This document shows, piece by piece, positions 8,325-20,288 of a stretch of 32,000 nt of DNA; the first letter of the stretch is position 1; each line of letters opens with the position of its first letter. The stretch is from Bacillus subtilis subsp. subtilis str. 168 (GTDB taxonomy: Bacteria > Bacillota > Bacilli > Bacillales > Bacillaceae). The notes below the pieces were generated by a model. That model did no database searches. It saw only the letters and a program-made list of their open reading frames with translations, and was not told where the DNA came from. The stretch is from NCBI RefSeq assembly GCF_000009045.1, contig NC_000964.3, positions 3,270,001-3,302,000 of the forward strand, written 5' to 3'. The position numbers were made by a program, and so were the translations under genes.

Positions 8325-9461
8325 ATGATCATAGGGGTTCCTAAAGAGATAAAAAACAATGAAAACCGTGTCGCATTAACACCCGGGGGCGTTTCTCAGC
8401 TCATTTCAAACGGCCACCGGGTGCTGGTTGAAACAGGCGCGGGCCTTGGAAGCGGATTTGAAAATGAAGCCTATGAGTCAGCAGGAGCGGAAATCATTGC
8501 TGATCCGAAGCAGGTCTGGGACGCCGAAATGGTCATGAAAGTAAAAGAACCGCTGCCGGAAGAATATGTTTATTTTCGCAAAGGACTTGTGCTGTTTACG
8601 TACCTTCATTTAGCAGCTGAGCCTGAGCTTGCACAGGCCTTGAAGGATAAAGGAGTAACTGCCATCGCATATGAAACGGTCAGTGAAGGCCGGACATTGC
8701 CTCTTCTGACGCCAATGTCAGAGGTTGCGGGCAGAATGGCAGCGCAAATCGGCGCTCAATTCTTAGAAAAGCCTAAAGGCGGAAAAGGCATTCTGCTTGC
8801 CGGGGTGCCTGGCGTTTCCCGCGGAAAAGTAACAATTATCGGAGGAGGCGTTGTCGGGACAAACGCGGCGAAAATGGCTGTCGGCCTCGGTGCAGATGTG
8901 ACGATCATTGACTTAAACGCAGACCGCTTGCGCCAGCTTGATGACATCTTCGGCCATCAGATTAAAACGTTAATTTCTAATCCGGTCAATATTGCTGATG
9001 CTGTGGCGGAAGCGGATCTCCTCATTTGCGCGGTATTAATTCCGGGTGCTAAAGCTCCGACTCTTGTCACTGAGGAAATGGTAAAACAAATGAAACCCGG
9101 TTCAGTTATTGTTGATGTAGCGATCGACCAAGGCGGCATCGTCGAAACTGTCGACCATATCACAACACATGATCAGCCAACATATGAAAAACACGGGGTT
9201 GTGCATTATGCTGTAGCGAACATGCCAGGCGCAGTCCCTCGTACATCAACAATCGCCCTGACTAACGTTACTGTTCCATACGCGCTGCAAATCGCGAACA
9301 AAGGGGCAGTAAAAGCGCTCGCAGACAATACGGCACTGAGAGCGGGTTTAAACACCGCAAACGGACACGTGACCTATGAAGCTGTAGCAAGAGATCTAGG
9401 CTATGAGTATGTTCCTGCCGAGAAAGCTTTACAGGATGAATCATCTGTGGCGGGTGCTTAA
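8325..9461 (+). CDS. ald: L-alanine dehydrogenase, 378 aa
   Basis: I moved the start from the track's GTG 8220 to ATG 8325 ([22 protein letters not shown]...), which has AGGAGG at 8311-8316. An NAD Rossmann motif is present ([14 protein letters not shown]). Length and sequence match B. subtilis Ald by recollection. Confidence 0.96.
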   Translation: MIIGVPKEIKNNENRVALTPGGVSQLISNGHRVLVETGAGLGSGFENEAYESAGAEIIADPKQVWDAEMVMKVKEPLPEEYVYFRKGLVLFTYLHLAAEPELAQALKDKGVTAIAYETVSEGRTLPLLTPMSEVAGRMAAQIGAQFLEKPKGGKGILLAGVPGVSRGKVTIIGGGVVGTNAAKMAVGLGADVTIIDLNADRLRQLDDIFGHQIKTLISNPVNIADAVAEADLLICAVLIPGAKAPTLVTEEMVKQMKPGSVIVDVAIDQGGIVETVDHITTHDQPTYEKHGVVHYAVANMPGAVPRTSTIALTNVTVPYALQIANKGAVKALADNTALRAGLNTANGHVTYEAVARDLGYEYVPAEKALQDESSVAGA

Positions 9462-9471
9462 TTCACAATAA

Positions 9472-9507
9472 GCTTGCAGAAAGATTTCTGCAGGCTTTTT
9501 TATTTTT
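9472..9507 (+). terminator. Intrinsic terminator of ald
   Basis: GCTTGCAGAAA (9472-9482) pairs with TTTCTGCAGGC (9485-9495) with one G-U pair; the innermost pairs must open to form the loop. The stem is followed by TTTTTTATTTTTT. Confidence 0.75.
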
Positions 9508-9572
9508 TAAAAGGAAAAAAGAGACCATTTCACGAATTATGACTATGAAGTTGATCATAAAGGAGGATTCAT

Positions 9573-10250
9573 ATGGCTGTTCAGCAATATGGCGTGTTAA
9601 AAGGCATAGTATTAGACATGAAGCGGGAAACAGATGATGACAGTCCTCATTTCCAAGTCAAAATGCTCGGTGAAGAGAATACGTATTACAGGTGCGCCAT
9701 CAATGTGATGTCCAGTTCTGAGGAATCTGAAGTATTGTATTTGGCTGACGATCAGTTTGATTCGGGCTCAATTACCATCCTTCCGAACATGCCGTATGGA
9801 TATACAAGGATCAATGAAGCAAACCGTGAAGTGGCACTGGATTATGTGCGGGGCAATTTGTTTGACCCGCGGGAAATGAAGCCTTTGCCTCATGAAATCA
9901 CGGGACCTGATAATGATTTAAATGATTTTATTGAAACCTATATGAAGAAAGCACAAGATGAGAAAACGCCGGTTTATATATTCGGTTCAAAATTCGGCCC
10001 TGAACAGGCTGCAGATAAAATATTCGGCTTTACCCCGACTAACGGAATGCACAATATCCATATGAATCAAGGGAATGCAATGGATACCCGCTGGAAAAAA
10101 GACAACGGCTCTTGGCATGACGGGGGTATTCTGATTCAGTTTGCAGATCAGTGGGCCGCTGTGTTTTTAGCGTTTTTATCCCAATCTTGGTGTACCGATG
10201 AAAACGGAAACCCTGTCAGAGATTGTGATCATACCCAAACGTCTGCGTAA
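9573..10250 (+). CDS. yukJ: Uncharacterised conserved cytoplasmic protein YukJ (DUF2278 family by recollection), 225 aa
   Basis: Track ORF with SD AAAGGAGG 6 nt upstream. No signal peptide or TM segment is visible. Recognised as YukJ. Confidence 0.85.
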   Translation: MAVQQYGVLKGIVLDMKRETDDDSPHFQVKMLGEENTYYRCAINVMSSSEESEVLYLADDQFDSGSITILPNMPYGYTRINEANREVALDYVRGNLFDPREMKPLPHEITGPDNDLNDFIETYMKKAQDEKTPVYIFGSKFGPEQAADKIFGFTPTNGMHNIHMNQGNAMDTRWKKDNGSWHDGGILIQFADQWAAVFLAFLSQSWCTDENGNPVRDCDHTQTSA

Positions 10251-10254
10251 GATA

Positions 10255-10287
10255 GAAAAAGAGACTGCGGCAAGCAGTCTCTTTTTG
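10255..10287. terminator. Bidirectional intrinsic terminator shared by convergent yukJ and mbtH
   Basis: GAGACTGC (10261-10268) pairs with GCAGTCTC (10274-10281). The stem is flanked by AAAAA upstream and TTTTT downstream. Confidence 0.75.
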
Positions 10288-10293
10288 ATAAGA

Positions 10294-10503
10294 TTACACA
10301 TTTTCAACAGTCTTTAGGCTGTTTGGCCTCATATCGCTCCAATGCGATTGGATATAGTCCAAACAAGCTTCACGCCCTTTTTGCTCATGAACGACTGTCC
10401 AGCCGCTCGGCACATCTATAAAACCCGGCCATAGGGAATATTGGCCTTCTTCATTGACCAGCACCAAATATGTGCCATCCGCATTTTCAAAAGGATTTGC
10501 CAT
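10294..10503 (-). CDS. mbtH: MbtH-like NRPS accessory protein, 69 aa
   Basis: The MbtH signature is readable ([19 protein letters not shown]). It starts 15 nt after the dhbF stop. Confidence 0.9.
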
Positions 10504-10518
10504 TCTATTTCTCCTCCC

Positions 10519-13500
10519 TTATTTATTCAACTCTTCCAATTTGACAGCGAGAACCTTGCCGATTTGAGCCAGAGGTTCAGGCTGACATAAATCTTTATGA
10601 CGGCAGTCGATGTCGATTTGTTCAATCTGTCCGTTAATATAAGGCTTCCACGAGTCAGGTTCAATCGGGTCAAACCATTCAGGAATGATTGTTGATCTGA
10701 AAAACAAAACATTTCCGCGGAAGGTTTTCGGCTTATAGGAACCTAAAATGCCGACAGAATTTACATACGTATTCTTCAAATTTAAAATGACCGTTTCATC
10801 CAGGCTCGCAAGCGCACTGCCGTCACGGCGAAGAATCTCAATCGCCGCTTCAAAATCTAGCGGTTTTTCCCCTAAGCTGTCTGGATCATACCCGCCTAAC
10901 GCCAGAAGGGCAATAAGCGCTTCCTCATCATCCGGTGCCTCTTTTATAGGAAGGAAGTGGTTCGGATAGGCGTCCAGCATCACCAACAGGGATACTTCTT
11001 CTCCTTGATTTTGCAGCTGGGTAGCCATCGCTTGAACGACATTCCCGCCCAGGGACCAGCCCAGCAGATGGTACGGGCCTTTTGGCTGGACCGTTCGGAT
11101 TTGTTTAATGTAATCGGCAGCCATGTCATCAAGTGTTTTCGGAAGCTCCTCGCGCTGCCCGATTCCCCGTGCCTGCAAGCCGTAGATCGGATAATCTGTT
11201 CCTATATTGGTCATCAAACCGGCATAACACCAGCTGAGCCCCCCTGCCGGATGAACACAGAATAAAGGAGGCTTGTCTCCGCTTGTTCGGAGCGGCAGCA
11301 GAACGTCAAGAGCGCTTTGGCTTGATCCCATTTCAAGTCTTTCAGCGAGCCCGGCTACAGTAGGTGCTTCGAACAAGTTGCCGATGCTGAGTTCAACGCC
11401 GAGCGCTTCACGAATGCGGCTCATGAGCTGTACAGCAAGCAAGGAATGTCCGCCTAAATCAAAGAAACGGTCATCAATGCCGACACGCGGCAAGTGAAGC
11501 ACCTCCATAAAGAGGTCACAGAGAATTTCTTCCTGCGGCGTTCTCGGTCCTCGTCCTGTCACTGCCGCTGCGAAATCCGGAGCGGGCAGCGCTTTACGAT
11601 CAAGCTTTCCATTCGGTGTCAGCGGCAATTCTTTCATCGTCACAAAGGCAGCAGGCACCATGTAATCCGGCAGTCTCTCAGCAGCATATCTGCGCAGTTC
11701 CGCCGTATCAAATGTTTCTTCCGAAGGGATGACATAAGCTGCTAACCGTTTATCTCCCGGCTGATCCTCACGAACGATCACTGCCGCATCTTCAAGCTGC
11801 GGATGCTGAACAAGCGCGGCTTCAATTTCTCCCAATTCAATCCGGAATCCCCGAATTTTCACTTGATGGTCTGCACGGCCGACATAGTCGAGAGAACCGT
11901 CAGCGCGGAGGCGGGCCACATCCCCAGTGCGGTACATCCGGGTGCCTGGAGGACCGAACGGATCAGCTATGAAGCGTTCAGATGTTAAACCAGGCCGGCC
12001 TAGATAACCTCGTGCTAACCCCGCTCCTGATACATACAGCTCTCCGGCAACACCCGGCGGGACCGGCTGCAGGCGTTCATCCAGCACGTATACACCAAGA
12101 TCGGGAATGCCGCAGCCGATCAAGCTGTTTGCCCGTAAAGCTGCCATGCTTCGGTCTAATTCGATATAGCTCACATGCACCGTCGTTTCTGTAATACCAT
12201 ACATATTGATAAGCTGCGGTCTATTTTCAGGGTGGCGGTTGTACCAATCCTCTAAACGGCTGAGTTCAAGCGCTTCTCCGCCAAAAATGACATAGCGCAG
12301 ACTGAGTGCCTGTCCGAGATCCGGCTGTTCCCGTTCCGCCTGCATAAACTGATAGAAAGCAGACGGTGTCTGGTTCAGAACAGTCACCCCCTCTTTGACA
12401 AGCAGGCGCAGAAACGCTTCTGGCGATCTGCTGACGTGGTGAGGCACGATTACAAGACGTCCGCCATGCAGCAGAGGACCCCAGATCTCCCACACCGAAA
12501 AATCAAACGCATAGGAATGGAACATGGTCCAGATATCACCTGAGCTGAAACGGAACCAGTGCTCGGTCGCTGCAAATAAACGTGTTACATTTTGGTGAGG
12601 AATCATCACACCTTTTGGAACACCTGTTGAGCCGGATGTATAAATGACATATGCCGTATTCAAAGGGGAAAGCGGCTGAGTCCTATCCTTATTTTTTGGA
12701 TTACCTGCAGGGTACGTGTTTAGTTTCTCTGCCAGCTCGGGATCATCCAGCACGATTTTCGGCACGTTTTCAACTGGCGGAATGTGATTTGCAGCTTTAG
12801 TGTTCGTCATGATAAACGCAGGCTGTGCATCTTTTAGCATAAAAGCAATTCGATCAGCCGGATAATCCGGATCAAGAGGGAGATAAGCTGCCCCGGCCTT
12901 TAGCACCGCCAATAGGCCGACAGCCATTTCCAACGATCGGGGCAGTGCCAATGCCACAAATTGCTCCGGCCCGACACCTTCACTAATCATCATTCGGGCA
13001 AGCCGGTTTGCTCTTTCATTCAGCTCTGCATAGCTCAGTTCCTGATTTTCATATACAACGGCAATGGCATCAGGACGTAAAGCAGCCTGCTTCTCAAATT
13101 GCTCTGGCAAACATGCGTGCGGAATCTTTTCAGATACACTTTGCCAATCAGTCACCATGCTGCTGTGTTCCTCTGGCGCAAGAATATCCAGATTTCCGAT
13201 TTGCTCGTCAGGATCAGACTCGGCAGCCTCCAACAGGCGCATCAATCGGTCAGCAAGAGCCTGAGCAGTTTCCCGTTTGAAAAGATCAGTGCTGTATTCA
13301 AGCAGTCCTTCCATTCCGTTTGGTGTCCCGTCAGCAAGGCGATCTTCACTAATTTCCAGCGTCAAATCAAACTTGGCAGAACCGACACTGTTGATTCGCA
13401 GGCTGCTCTCCATATCAGGAAGATGCAGTTCAGCGTCCGGTGTGTTTTGGAACGCAAGCATGATTTGGAATAAAGGATGCGTCGCACGCGAACGAGCCGG

Positions 13501-16500
13501 ATTGAGCACCTCTACAAGTCTCTCAAACGGCAGATCCTGATTGTCATAGGCGGCCAGATTCACTTCCCGTACTCTGTCTAGAAGCTCACGAAAGCTTGGG
13601 TCACCGGACGTATCAGTTCTGAGCACCAATGTATTAATGAACAGCCCTACAAGATCGCCCAGCGCATCATCATTCCGTCCCGCGATCGGACTGCCGATCG
13701 GAATGTCGGTGCCCGCCCCGAGCCTTGTCAATAAAGCGGCGAGACCGGATTGAAGCACCATAAACAGGCTCACCCTATTTGCGCGAGCCAGCTCCTGCAA
13801 TCGCTTGTGAAACTCGGGCTCAATACGAAAATGAATCGTATCTCCATCATGACTCGGCTCAGCCGGACGTGAATAATCGGTTGGCAGTTCAAGCTGATCA
13901 GGCAGGTTTTTCAAGGTTTCTTTCCAGAAAGCAAGCTGTCCGGCAATCAAGCTATTTGGATCATCCTCGTTTCCAAGCAGTTCTTGCTGCCAAAGCGCAT
14001 AGTCTGCATACTGCACAGCAAGAGGCGCCCATTCGGGAGATCGTCCGTGGCAGCGAGCCGCATAAGCTGTCCCAAGGTCTCTGGTCAGCGGTGTTAAGGA
14101 CCAGCCGTCCCCGACAATATGATGGACGAGAAGAAGCAGCACGTACTCGTCAGGACCGATCACAAAAAGCTCGGCACGAAAAGCAGGTTCAGCTGCAAGA
14201 TCAAAGCTGTAGCGTACAGCTTCGGCAAGCCGATCAGAAAGCTCCTTCTCAGCAATTTCAGTAACATGTAACTCGGGACAGGCTCGATCGGCATCTAAAA
14301 TATGCTGATAGGATGTCCCCTGTGATTCAGGGAAGATCGTCCGAAGACTTTCATGACGGCAGACGAGGTCATAAAGTGCCGCTTTCAGCAATCCTTGATC
14401 CAACTCACCTGACAAACGGACAGCAACCGGAATATTATAAGTAGGACTCGGTCCTTCCAGACAATGCAGGAACCATAGCCGGCGCTGGGCAAATGAGAGC
14501 GGGATCTTTTCAGGCCGCTCAGCTCTCTGCAAAGCGGGACATGCACTCTGCGCCAAATCAAGATGGGCAGCGAGTCCGGCTACTGTCGGTTCGTCAAAGA
14601 GCTTGGCGATACCAAGTTCGGCTCCCATTACCTCGCGAATGCGGCTCATCAGACGGGCTGCAAGAAGAGAATGGCCCCCAAGCTCGAAGAAACTGTCATC
14701 GATACCGACGCGTGCCAAACCGAGAACCTCTGCAAACAAGTCACACAATATCTCTTCCTGAGGAGTCCGCGGGGCCCGATCACTGACAGATGTGCTGAAG
14801 TCTGGTGCCGGCAGTGCTTTCCGGTCAAGCTTGCCATTAGGTGTTAACGGCAGCTCGTCCATCTCCACAAACGCCGACGGTACCATATAATCAGGAAGAC
14901 TAGCCCCCATATAACGACGAAGCTCTGCAGTATCAATAGCAGCATCAGCGACTACATAAGCCGCCAATCGTTTGTCTCCCGGCTGATCTTCCCGTACGAC
15001 AACCGCGGCCTGTTCAATGTGCGGGTGATTGGCAAGCACGGCATCAATTTCTCCAAGTTCAATTCGGAATCCGCGAATTTTGATTTGATGATCCGCCCGC
15101 CCGATATAATCCAAAGACCCATCGGCGCGCCAGCGGGCCTGGTCTCCGGTCCGATACATCCGAGTTCCCGGCGGTCCGTATGGATCTGCAACGAAGCGCT
15201 CCGCCGTTAAATCAGGACGATGGAAATAACCTCTGGCCAAGCCGGTTCCTGCAATATAAAGCTCTCCGACAACGCCCGGCGGCACCGGCTGCAATCCATT
15301 ATCAAGCACATACACCTGCGTGTTCCAAATCGGTTTCCCAATCGGAGGAACGCCCTTCAGCCCTTCTTCAAGAAAAGCTGCGGCAGACCAAATCGTTGTT
15401 TCAGTGGGACCGTATAAGTTCGTGACTGAACAATGAAGGTCTTGAAGTTCCTGCAAAAGACCGCTCGGCAGCGCCTCGCCTCCTACAAGCACTCTAAGCC
15501 CCCGAAGTTTCTCAGGTTCACTCGTTACCAAAGCGTGCCACAGTGTCGGTGTCGCCTGCATAATGTTAATATCGAAATTTTCAATCATTTGAGCTAATGC
15601 CTGCGGCTCACGGATCGTTTCTTTCTTTGCGATCACGATTTGCGCTCCGCTAATCAGCGGAAGATATAACTCCAATGCTGAAATATCAAAAGCGACAGTC
15701 GTCACAGCCAACAGCCTGTCTTCTTCTCCTAGAGAAAATGCCTCCTGCATAGACAGCAGAAAATTGCTTAAGCTTTTCTGTGTCACAACGACTCCCTTCG
15801 GTCTTCCTGTTGATCCTGAGGTATAGATGATATACGCAGGATGGTCAAGCGAAACCGATACATCCTGATTTTCCGGCGAATAGCGTTTTATAATCTCCTG
15901 TGTAACAGCCTGATCAAGCACAAGCTCAGGTACAGCCAGGTCATCAGGCAGACTGGCTGCTATTTCCTCAGTCGTTATGATGCATGAAGGTTTCGCATCC
16001 TCCAGCATGTAAGAAATGCGGTCGGCTGGAAACTCCGGATCAAGGGGGAGATACGCCGCACCAGTCTTGAGCACACCAAGCATTGAAGCCACCATCTCAG
16101 GGGAACGCGGCAGCGCCAAAGCGACAAATTGCTCCGGACCAATCCCTTTTTCGATCAACAGACGCGCGAGGCGGTTTGCCTCTTCATTGAGCTTTCGATA
16201 GTTGACTTGAATGTCATCACACATGAGAGCGATACGTTCTGGCGTAAGAACTGCCTGCTTTTCGAACATGTCCTGAAGGCTGACCAGCTTCTCGGATTTT
16301 GCCGTCTCATTCCATTTAGAAATGACTTTTTCTTTCTCCTCTGGCAACAGAAGCTCCATTTGCCCAATCAGCATGTCCTCTCCGGCAGAAGCCGTTTGCA
16401 GCAGCTGCAAAATACGCTGCTGATGAAGCTTAATATCAGACTCACTGTATACCTCGGGATTCGCATCAACATCAATTCGCAGCCCGCTGCCGTCTGTTCT

Positions 16501-17655
16501 GTCATATACATTGATTGATAGATCATCAACAGGACCGGCTGAAAGATTATGCGTTGTGCCCCGGACGCCGGCAAAGTCGAGACCGTAATCAAACGGCATA
16601 AGATTGATTTGAGGGCCAAATAATCTATGATTTTCTCCTATCAATTTCAGATCGCGCCTAAGCTCTTCATGGCGATACTTATGATGTCGCCGAATACTGC
16701 GGATTTCCCGGGAAATTTGCTGAATCAGTTCAGAAAAGCTCATCGAAGAGCTTACCGTCAGCCGGAGCGGGAGAAGGTTCATCACCATAGCCGGTACATT
16801 CAGTGACGCGGACCCTATCCGACCCATCATGGGCAGGCCGAGCACAACATCCTCAGAGCCGGTCATACGGTGCACATAAACAGCTGACACCGCAATCATG
16901 ACTTCATGCCAGCTTCCTGAGAAATAGCGCGCCGCTTCTTTTAACGCGTTTACATCAGACGGAGGCAGATATGCCGTATGACGAAGAAAACTGTTAGATG
17001 TTCTTGGCGCCCGATCAGCCAAGCTCACAACTTCAGGTGCATCTGCAAAACGGTCCAGCCAGAATTGACGATCCTTCTCATACTGCTCTGATCCGCGATA
17101 ATCTGTATCCTCCTCCAAAATGGCCTGGAGAGACCCAAAGGAACGGCTTTTAGCTGTTTGTCCTTTTATAAGGGCAGTATATGTACTTGCCACACGCTGG
17201 GCTATCAGGGAAAAACCGAAGCCGTCGATCGCTATATGGTGAATGCGCTGATACCAAAAGAAACGATCAGGCCCGGCAATAAACAGAGCTTCATTGAACA
17301 AAGGGGCATACCCTAAATCAACCGGCTTTGCTAAATCAGCTTTCATCCAGTTTAATGCTGTTTTTTCCGGATCAGGCTCAGAGCTGACGTCAATGACGTG
17401 CAGCTGTACATCCGGAGACGGGTTTATCATCTGCCAAGGCCCGTCCATATTTTCACCGAAGCGGACATGCAGCGATTCCGCTTCCTTGATCACGTGCCGC
17501 AAAGCTTCTTCAAAAAGAGCAATATTGACTGGTCCATTGATTTCTATATATTCCGCTGTATTGTAGATTGGATTGTCCGGATCAAGCTGCTGAGCAAACC
17601 ATATGCCAGTTTGCGCCCCGGTCAAAGAATATTGAAGATCTTTTGTATCAGGCAT
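10519..17655 (-). CDS. dhbF: Bacillibactin dimodular NRPS DhbF (C-A(Gly)-T-C-A(Thr)-T-TE), 2378 aa
   Basis: Track ORF. Domain motifs were read directly: HHxxxDG twice, two A domains, two GGHSL carrier serines and a GWSLGG thioesterase. See the sub-features below. Confidence 0.97.
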   Translation of the reverse strand: MPDTKDLQYSLTGAQTGIWFAQQLDPDNPIYNTAEYIEINGPVNIALFEEALRHVIKEAESLHVRFGENMDGPWQMINPSPDVQLHVIDVSSEPDPEKTALNWMKADLAKPVDLGYAPLFNEALFIAGPDRFFWYQRIHHIAIDGFGFSLIAQRVASTYTALIKGQTAKSRSFGSLQAILEEDTDYRGSEQYEKDRQFWLDRFADAPEVVSLADRAPRTSNSFLRHTAYLPPSDVNALKEAARYFSGSWHEVMIAVSAVYVHRMTGSEDVVLGLPMMGRIGSASLNVPAMVMNLLPLRLTVSSSMSFSELIQQISREIRSIRRHHKYRHEELRRDLKLIGENHRLFGPQINLMPFDYGLDFAGVRGTTHNLSAGPVDDLSINVYDRTDGSGLRIDVDANPEVYSESDIKLHQQRILQLLQTASAGEDMLIGQMELLLPEEKEKVISKWNETAKSEKLVSLQDMFEKQAVLTPERIALMCDDIQVNYRKLNEEANRLARLLIEKGIGPEQFVALALPRSPEMVASMLGVLKTGAAYLPLDPEFPADRISYMLEDAKPSCIITTEEIAASLPDDLAVPELVLDQAVTQEIIKRYSPENQDVSVSLDHPAYIIYTSGSTGRPKGVVVTQKSLSNFLLSMQEAFSLGEEDRLLAVTTVAFDISALELYLPLISGAQIVIAKKETIREPQALAQMIENFDINIMQATPTLWHALVTSEPEKLRGLRVLVGGEALPSGLLQELQDLHCSVTNLYGPTETTIWSAAAFLEEGLKGVPPIGKPIWNTQVYVLDNGLQPVPPGVVGELYIAGTGLARGYFHRPDLTAERFVADPYGPPGTRMYRTGDQARWRADGSLDYIGRADHQIKIRGFRIELGEIDAVLANHPHIEQAAVVVREDQPGDKRLAAYVVADAAIDTAELRRYMGASLPDYMVPSAFVEMDELPLTPNGKLDRKALPAPDFSTSVSDRAPRTPQEEILCDLFAEVLGLARVGIDDSFFELGGHSLLAARLMSRIREVMGAELGIAKLFDEPTVAGLAAHLDLAQSACPALQRAERPEKIPLSFAQRRLWFLHCLEGPSPTYNIPVAVRLSGELDQGLLKAALYDLVCRHESLRTIFPESQGTSYQHILDADRACPELHVTEIAEKELSDRLAEAVRYSFDLAAEPAFRAELFVIGPDEYVLLLLVHHIVGDGWSLTPLTRDLGTAYAARCHGRSPEWAPLAVQYADYALWQQELLGNEDDPNSLIAGQLAFWKETLKNLPDQLELPTDYSRPAEPSHDGDTIHFRIEPEFHKRLQELARANRVSLFMVLQSGLAALLTRLGAGTDIPIGSPIAGRNDDALGDLVGLFINTLVLRTDTSGDPSFRELLDRVREVNLAAYDNQDLPFERLVEVLNPARSRATHPLFQIMLAFQNTPDAELHLPDMESSLRINSVGSAKFDLTLEISEDRLADGTPNGMEGLLEYSTDLFKRETAQALADRLMRLLEAAESDPDEQIGNLDILAPEEHSSMVTDWQSVSEKIPHACLPEQFEKQAALRPDAIAVVYENQELSYAELNERANRLARMMISEGVGPEQFVALALPRSLEMAVGLLAVLKAGAAYLPLDPDYPADRIAFMLKDAQPAFIMTNTKAANHIPPVENVPKIVLDDPELAEKLNTYPAGNPKNKDRTQPLSPLNTAYVIYTSGSTGVPKGVMIPHQNVTRLFAATEHWFRFSSGDIWTMFHSYAFDFSVWEIWGPLLHGGRLVIVPHHVSRSPEAFLRLLVKEGVTVLNQTPSAFYQFMQAEREQPDLGQALSLRYVIFGGEALELSRLEDWYNRHPENRPQLINMYGITETTVHVSYIELDRSMAALRANSLIGCGIPDLGVYVLDERLQPVPPGVAGELYVSGAGLARGYLGRPGLTSERFIADPFGPPGTRMYRTGDVARLRADGSLDYVGRADHQVKIRGFRIELGEIEAALVQHPQLEDAAVIVREDQPGDKRLAAYVIPSEETFDTAELRRYAAERLPDYMVPAAFVTMKELPLTPNGKLDRKALPAPDFAAAVTGRGPRTPQEEILCDLFMEVLHLPRVGIDDRFFDLGGHSLLAVQLMSRIREALGVELSIGNLFEAPTVAGLAERLEMGSSQSALDVLLPLRTSGDKPPLFCVHPAGGLSWCYAGLMTNIGTDYPIYGLQARGIGQREELPKTLDDMAADYIKQIRTVQPKGPYHLLGWSLGGNVVQAMATQLQNQGEEVSLLVMLDAYPNHFLPIKEAPDDEEALIALLALGGYDPDSLGEKPLDFEAAIEILRRDGSALASLDETVILNLKNTYVNSVGILGSYKPKTFRGNVLFFRSTIIPEWFDPIEPDSWKPYINGQIEQIDIDCRHKDLCQPEPLAQIGKVLAVKLEELNK
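10522..11268 (-). other. DhbF thioesterase domain (approximate bounds)
   Basis: GWSLGG nucleophile elbow; the serine codon is at 11053-11055 (aa 2201). Confidence 0.75.
11311..11538 (-). other. DhbF thiolation (PCP) domain 2 (approximate bounds)
   Basis: [11 protein letters not shown] motif; the serine codon is at 11443-11445 (aa 2071). Confidence 0.75.
11581..13122 (-). other. DhbF adenylation domain 2, Thr-specific (approximate bounds)
   Basis: Core motifs [25 protein letters not shown] and [11 protein letters not shown] are present, with the A10 Lys at 11605-11607 (aa 2017). The specificity residues read D-F-W-N-I-G-M-V-H-K. Confidence 0.75.
13186..14508 (-). other. DhbF condensation domain 2 (approximate bounds)
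   Basis: HHIVGDG motif at 14104-14124 (aa 1178-1184). Confidence 0.7.
14536..14763 (-). other. DhbF thiolation (PCP) domain 1 (approximate bounds)
   Basis: [11 protein letters not shown] motif; the phosphopantetheinyl serine codon is at 14668-14670 (aa 996). Confidence 0.75.
14806..16290 (-). other. DhbF adenylation domain 1, Gly-specific (approximate bounds)
   Basis: Core motifs [25 protein letters not shown] and [11 protein letters not shown] are present, with the A10 Lys at 14830-14832 (aa 942). The specificity residues, aligned by eye to GrsA-PheA positions, read D-I-L-Q-L-G-L-I-W-K. Confidence 0.75.
16336..17634 (-). other. DhbF condensation domain 1 (approximate bounds)
   Basis: HHIAIDG motif at 17221-17241 (aa 139-145). 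Boundaries estimated by eye. Confidence 0.7.
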
Positions 17656-17674
17656 CCGTTTGTTTACCCTCCTT

Positions 17675-18613
17675 TTATAAATAATCCGCGTTTGGCAGCA
17701 CTTGCTGGCTGCGAGTTGTGAGCAATTTCTGCCATTCTTCGATCGTTGGGCGTTCAGCCAATTCCACGAAAGTCACCTCTGCCCCTTCACGGCGCCATTG
17801 TTCCACCAATGTCATGATCCTTACCGAATCAAGACCACGATCGAGCAAATCCTCTTGATCTGTGATGTCTTCCGGTGTTTCTTGTAGAAGCTCAGCAATT
17901 TGTTTACGGATATTCTCACATGTAAACACGTTCTTTTTGCCAGTGTTTGCTGACGTTTTTTGAACGTCTGCCGGCGCATTCTGCAGCTGATCAAGAAGAC
18001 TGTCAGTCATCACGGTAAACGCACAGCGTCCAGCCGCATATTCCAGCGCCATTTGATGTTTTTCTAATGAAAAATCAGCAACTGCATCTCCCACAAAAAA
18101 GGCTTTAATATCCTCCATAAATGCTTCACATGCTGTAACAAGACAGCCGATATGGGCGTAAATTCCTGTAATGATCAGCTGATCGCGTCCCTCTTTGCGC
18201 ATCATTTCAAGCAGATTCGTTCTCTTAAACGCGCTGTATCTCCATTTTGTCAGCACAAGATCATCATCCTCTGGTGCCAGCTCGGTTATAATTTTCTCCT
18301 CATAAGGACCGCTGTTTAATCCCGGGCCCCAAAAGTCTGTCAGCAGCGCACGGTCATCCGGATTTTGGCTTCCCGGCTGTGCGGTATAGACAACAGGAAT
18401 CCCAAGCTGAACACATTGATTCTTCAGCTTTCGTATATTCGCTGAAAGCTCTGTTACCGGAGACGCTCCCGCTGTGAAAGCATCAACAAAATAGTTTTGC
18501 ATATCGTGTATTAACAAGACAGCCCGATTCGGATCAGGCACCCATGATACTTTGTTTTGCGGCATATCAGATGCTGTCGGCATTTGATACGGCTGAATGG
18601 CAGGTATAGCCAT
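17675..18613 (-). CDS. dhbB: Isochorismatase / aryl carrier protein DhbB, 312 aa
   Basis: I moved the start from the track's TTG 18631 to ATG 18613 ([17 protein letters not shown]...), which has a GAGAGGAAG SD. The N-terminal region is isochorismatase-like and the C-terminal carrier domain has GLDSV. The stop is 19 nt before the dhbF start. Confidence 0.94.
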   Translation of the reverse strand: MAIPAIQPYQMPTASDMPQNKVSWVPDPNRAVLLIHDMQNYFVDAFTAGASPVTELSANIRKLKNQCVQLGIPVVYTAQPGSQNPDDRALLTDFWGPGLNSGPYEEKIITELAPEDDDLVLTKWRYSAFKRTNLLEMMRKEGRDQLIITGIYAHIGCLVTACEAFMEDIKAFFVGDAVADFSLEKHQMALEYAAGRCAFTVMTDSLLDQLQNAPADVQKTSANTGKKNVFTCENIRKQIAELLQETPEDITDQEDLLDRGLDSVRIMTLVEQWRREGAEVTFVELAERPTIEEWQKLLTTRSQQVLPNADYL

Positions 18614-18640
18614 ATGAACACTTCCTCTCAAATTGTTGTT

Positions 18641-20260
18641 TTATTTTTTAAATCCTGCAAGAAGCTTCTCGGAAATGGCTTCACGGAGCGCTTTTTTGCT
18701 GACTTTTCCTACTCCTGTCTGCGGGAAGGATTCGACAAATTCAACTCGATCAGGGATTTTATATGCCGCCAGTCCGCGCTCTCTCAAAAATGCTTTAAGC
18801 TCTGCGGCTTTTGGGGCTTCATCCCGGGGAATAATGAACACACAAGATCTTTCGCCAAGAAATTGATCAGGCATGGAGACCATTGCCGCATCATGGACAG
18901 CCGGATGCGCCAGCAGATGATTTTCTACCTCTTCAGCCGCAACCTTTTCTCCTCCACGGTTAATTTGATCCTTCGCCCGGCCTTCAACGACAATATAGCC
19001 GTCTCGTGTCAGCCTGACGATATCACCCGTACGGTAAAAACCGTCCTCAGTAAATGAAGCGGCGTTATGCTCTTCTGCCTTATAGTAACCTCGAATTGTA
19101 TACGGCCCCCGCGTCAGCAGATGGCCTGTTTCACCAGGTTTTACGTCGCGATCATGATCATCCCAAACACGCATTTCATCATATGGAGACATCGGTTTTC
19201 CTTGGGTGTTGACAATGATCTCCTCAGGATCATCCAATCTCGTATAATTGACGAGACCCTCTGCCATTCCGAACACCTGCTGCAGCGTGCAGCCGAAAAC
19301 AGCTTTTACCCTGCGCGCGGCTTCAGCACTAAACTTGGCACCGCCGACCTGCAGCACTTGAAGGCTGGATAAATCATCACGGCGTGAGGATGCCGCATCC
19401 ATCCATACCATCGCAAGAGGCGGAACAAGAGCGGTTATCGTGACCTTTTCCCGTTCAATTAAAGGAAATGCGTCATCTGGACTTGGAGAAGGAGATAATA
19501 CCACTCTTCCTCCAGCGTATAATACGCCGAGAACGCCGGGTGAGCTCAGCGGATAATTGTGTGCCATCGGCAGCGCGGCCAAGTACACCGTGCTGTGGTC
19601 GAGCCAGCAGACCTCCACACTCCGCTTCAGGCTGTATATGTAGTCATCGTGGGTCCTCGGAATCAGTTTCGATAGCCCGGTGCTCCCGCCAGAAAGCTGG
19701 AGGAACGCCACATCCGATGATTTGACTTCAGGCAGTTTTACAGGTTCTGCATGCAAATCCTCCAGCGGTAAAAATTCCTCTGCCTCACCTGCGACAATGA
19801 TGTTTTTCAAAGTCGGCAGCTTGCTTTGAACCTGTCTGGCAAGCGAACGGTAGTCAAAACCGGAATAAGCGTCGGGAATGATATATGCAGCCGCTTCAGC
19901 AAACTCGCAAAAATATGTAATTTCACTGCTTCGATGAGAAGGCAGTGCGAAGACTGGAAGCGCCCCCAGACGGAAAAGCGCGAAAATGACTTCAAAAAAC
20001 TCTTTGATATTTGGCAACTGCACCACAACACGATCCATCTGTTGAATGCCGAGCTTTTGAAATCCGGCAGCCAGGCGATCAGCCCTTGTGTCAAGCTCTC
20101 GATAGCTCCAATGGGTGTTTCCGCATGTAATGGCAATGCGATCACCATATTTGGCTGCCCGGTCCCTTAACAAATCTCCAAACGTCTCACCGGCCCAGCA
20201 GCCGTTCTTTCGATAGGTCTCAGCTAACTCATCAGGCCAAGGCGTAAATCCTTTCAGCAT
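18641..20260 (-). CDS. dhbE: 2,3-dihydroxybenzoate-AMP ligase DhbE, 539 aa
   Basis: I moved the start from 20428 to ATG 20260 ([17 protein letters not shown]...), which has SD GGAGGG. The track extension would overlap the dhbC 3' end. Adenylate-forming motifs [14 protein letters not shown] and GRAKD are present. Confidence 0.94.
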
Positions 20261-20288
20261 GTTGTATCCCTCCAGCAATTCATTCTGT

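Noticed and set aside
11311-15300. A large internal direct repeat, considered as a possible repeat array or mobile remnant
   Set aside because: It is the diverged duplication of the A-T portions of the two DhbF modules, in frame and offset by 3225 nt. It is not a CRISPR array or an insertion element.
10527-17721. Many antisense or out-of-frame ORFs inside dhbF (for example 13779-14264 at 161 aa and 16129-16518 at 129 aa)
   Set aside because: They are embedded in a 2378-aa frame whose NRPS motifs are all intact. GC-rich coding DNA produces long shadow frames, and none has an SD or a recognisable domain.
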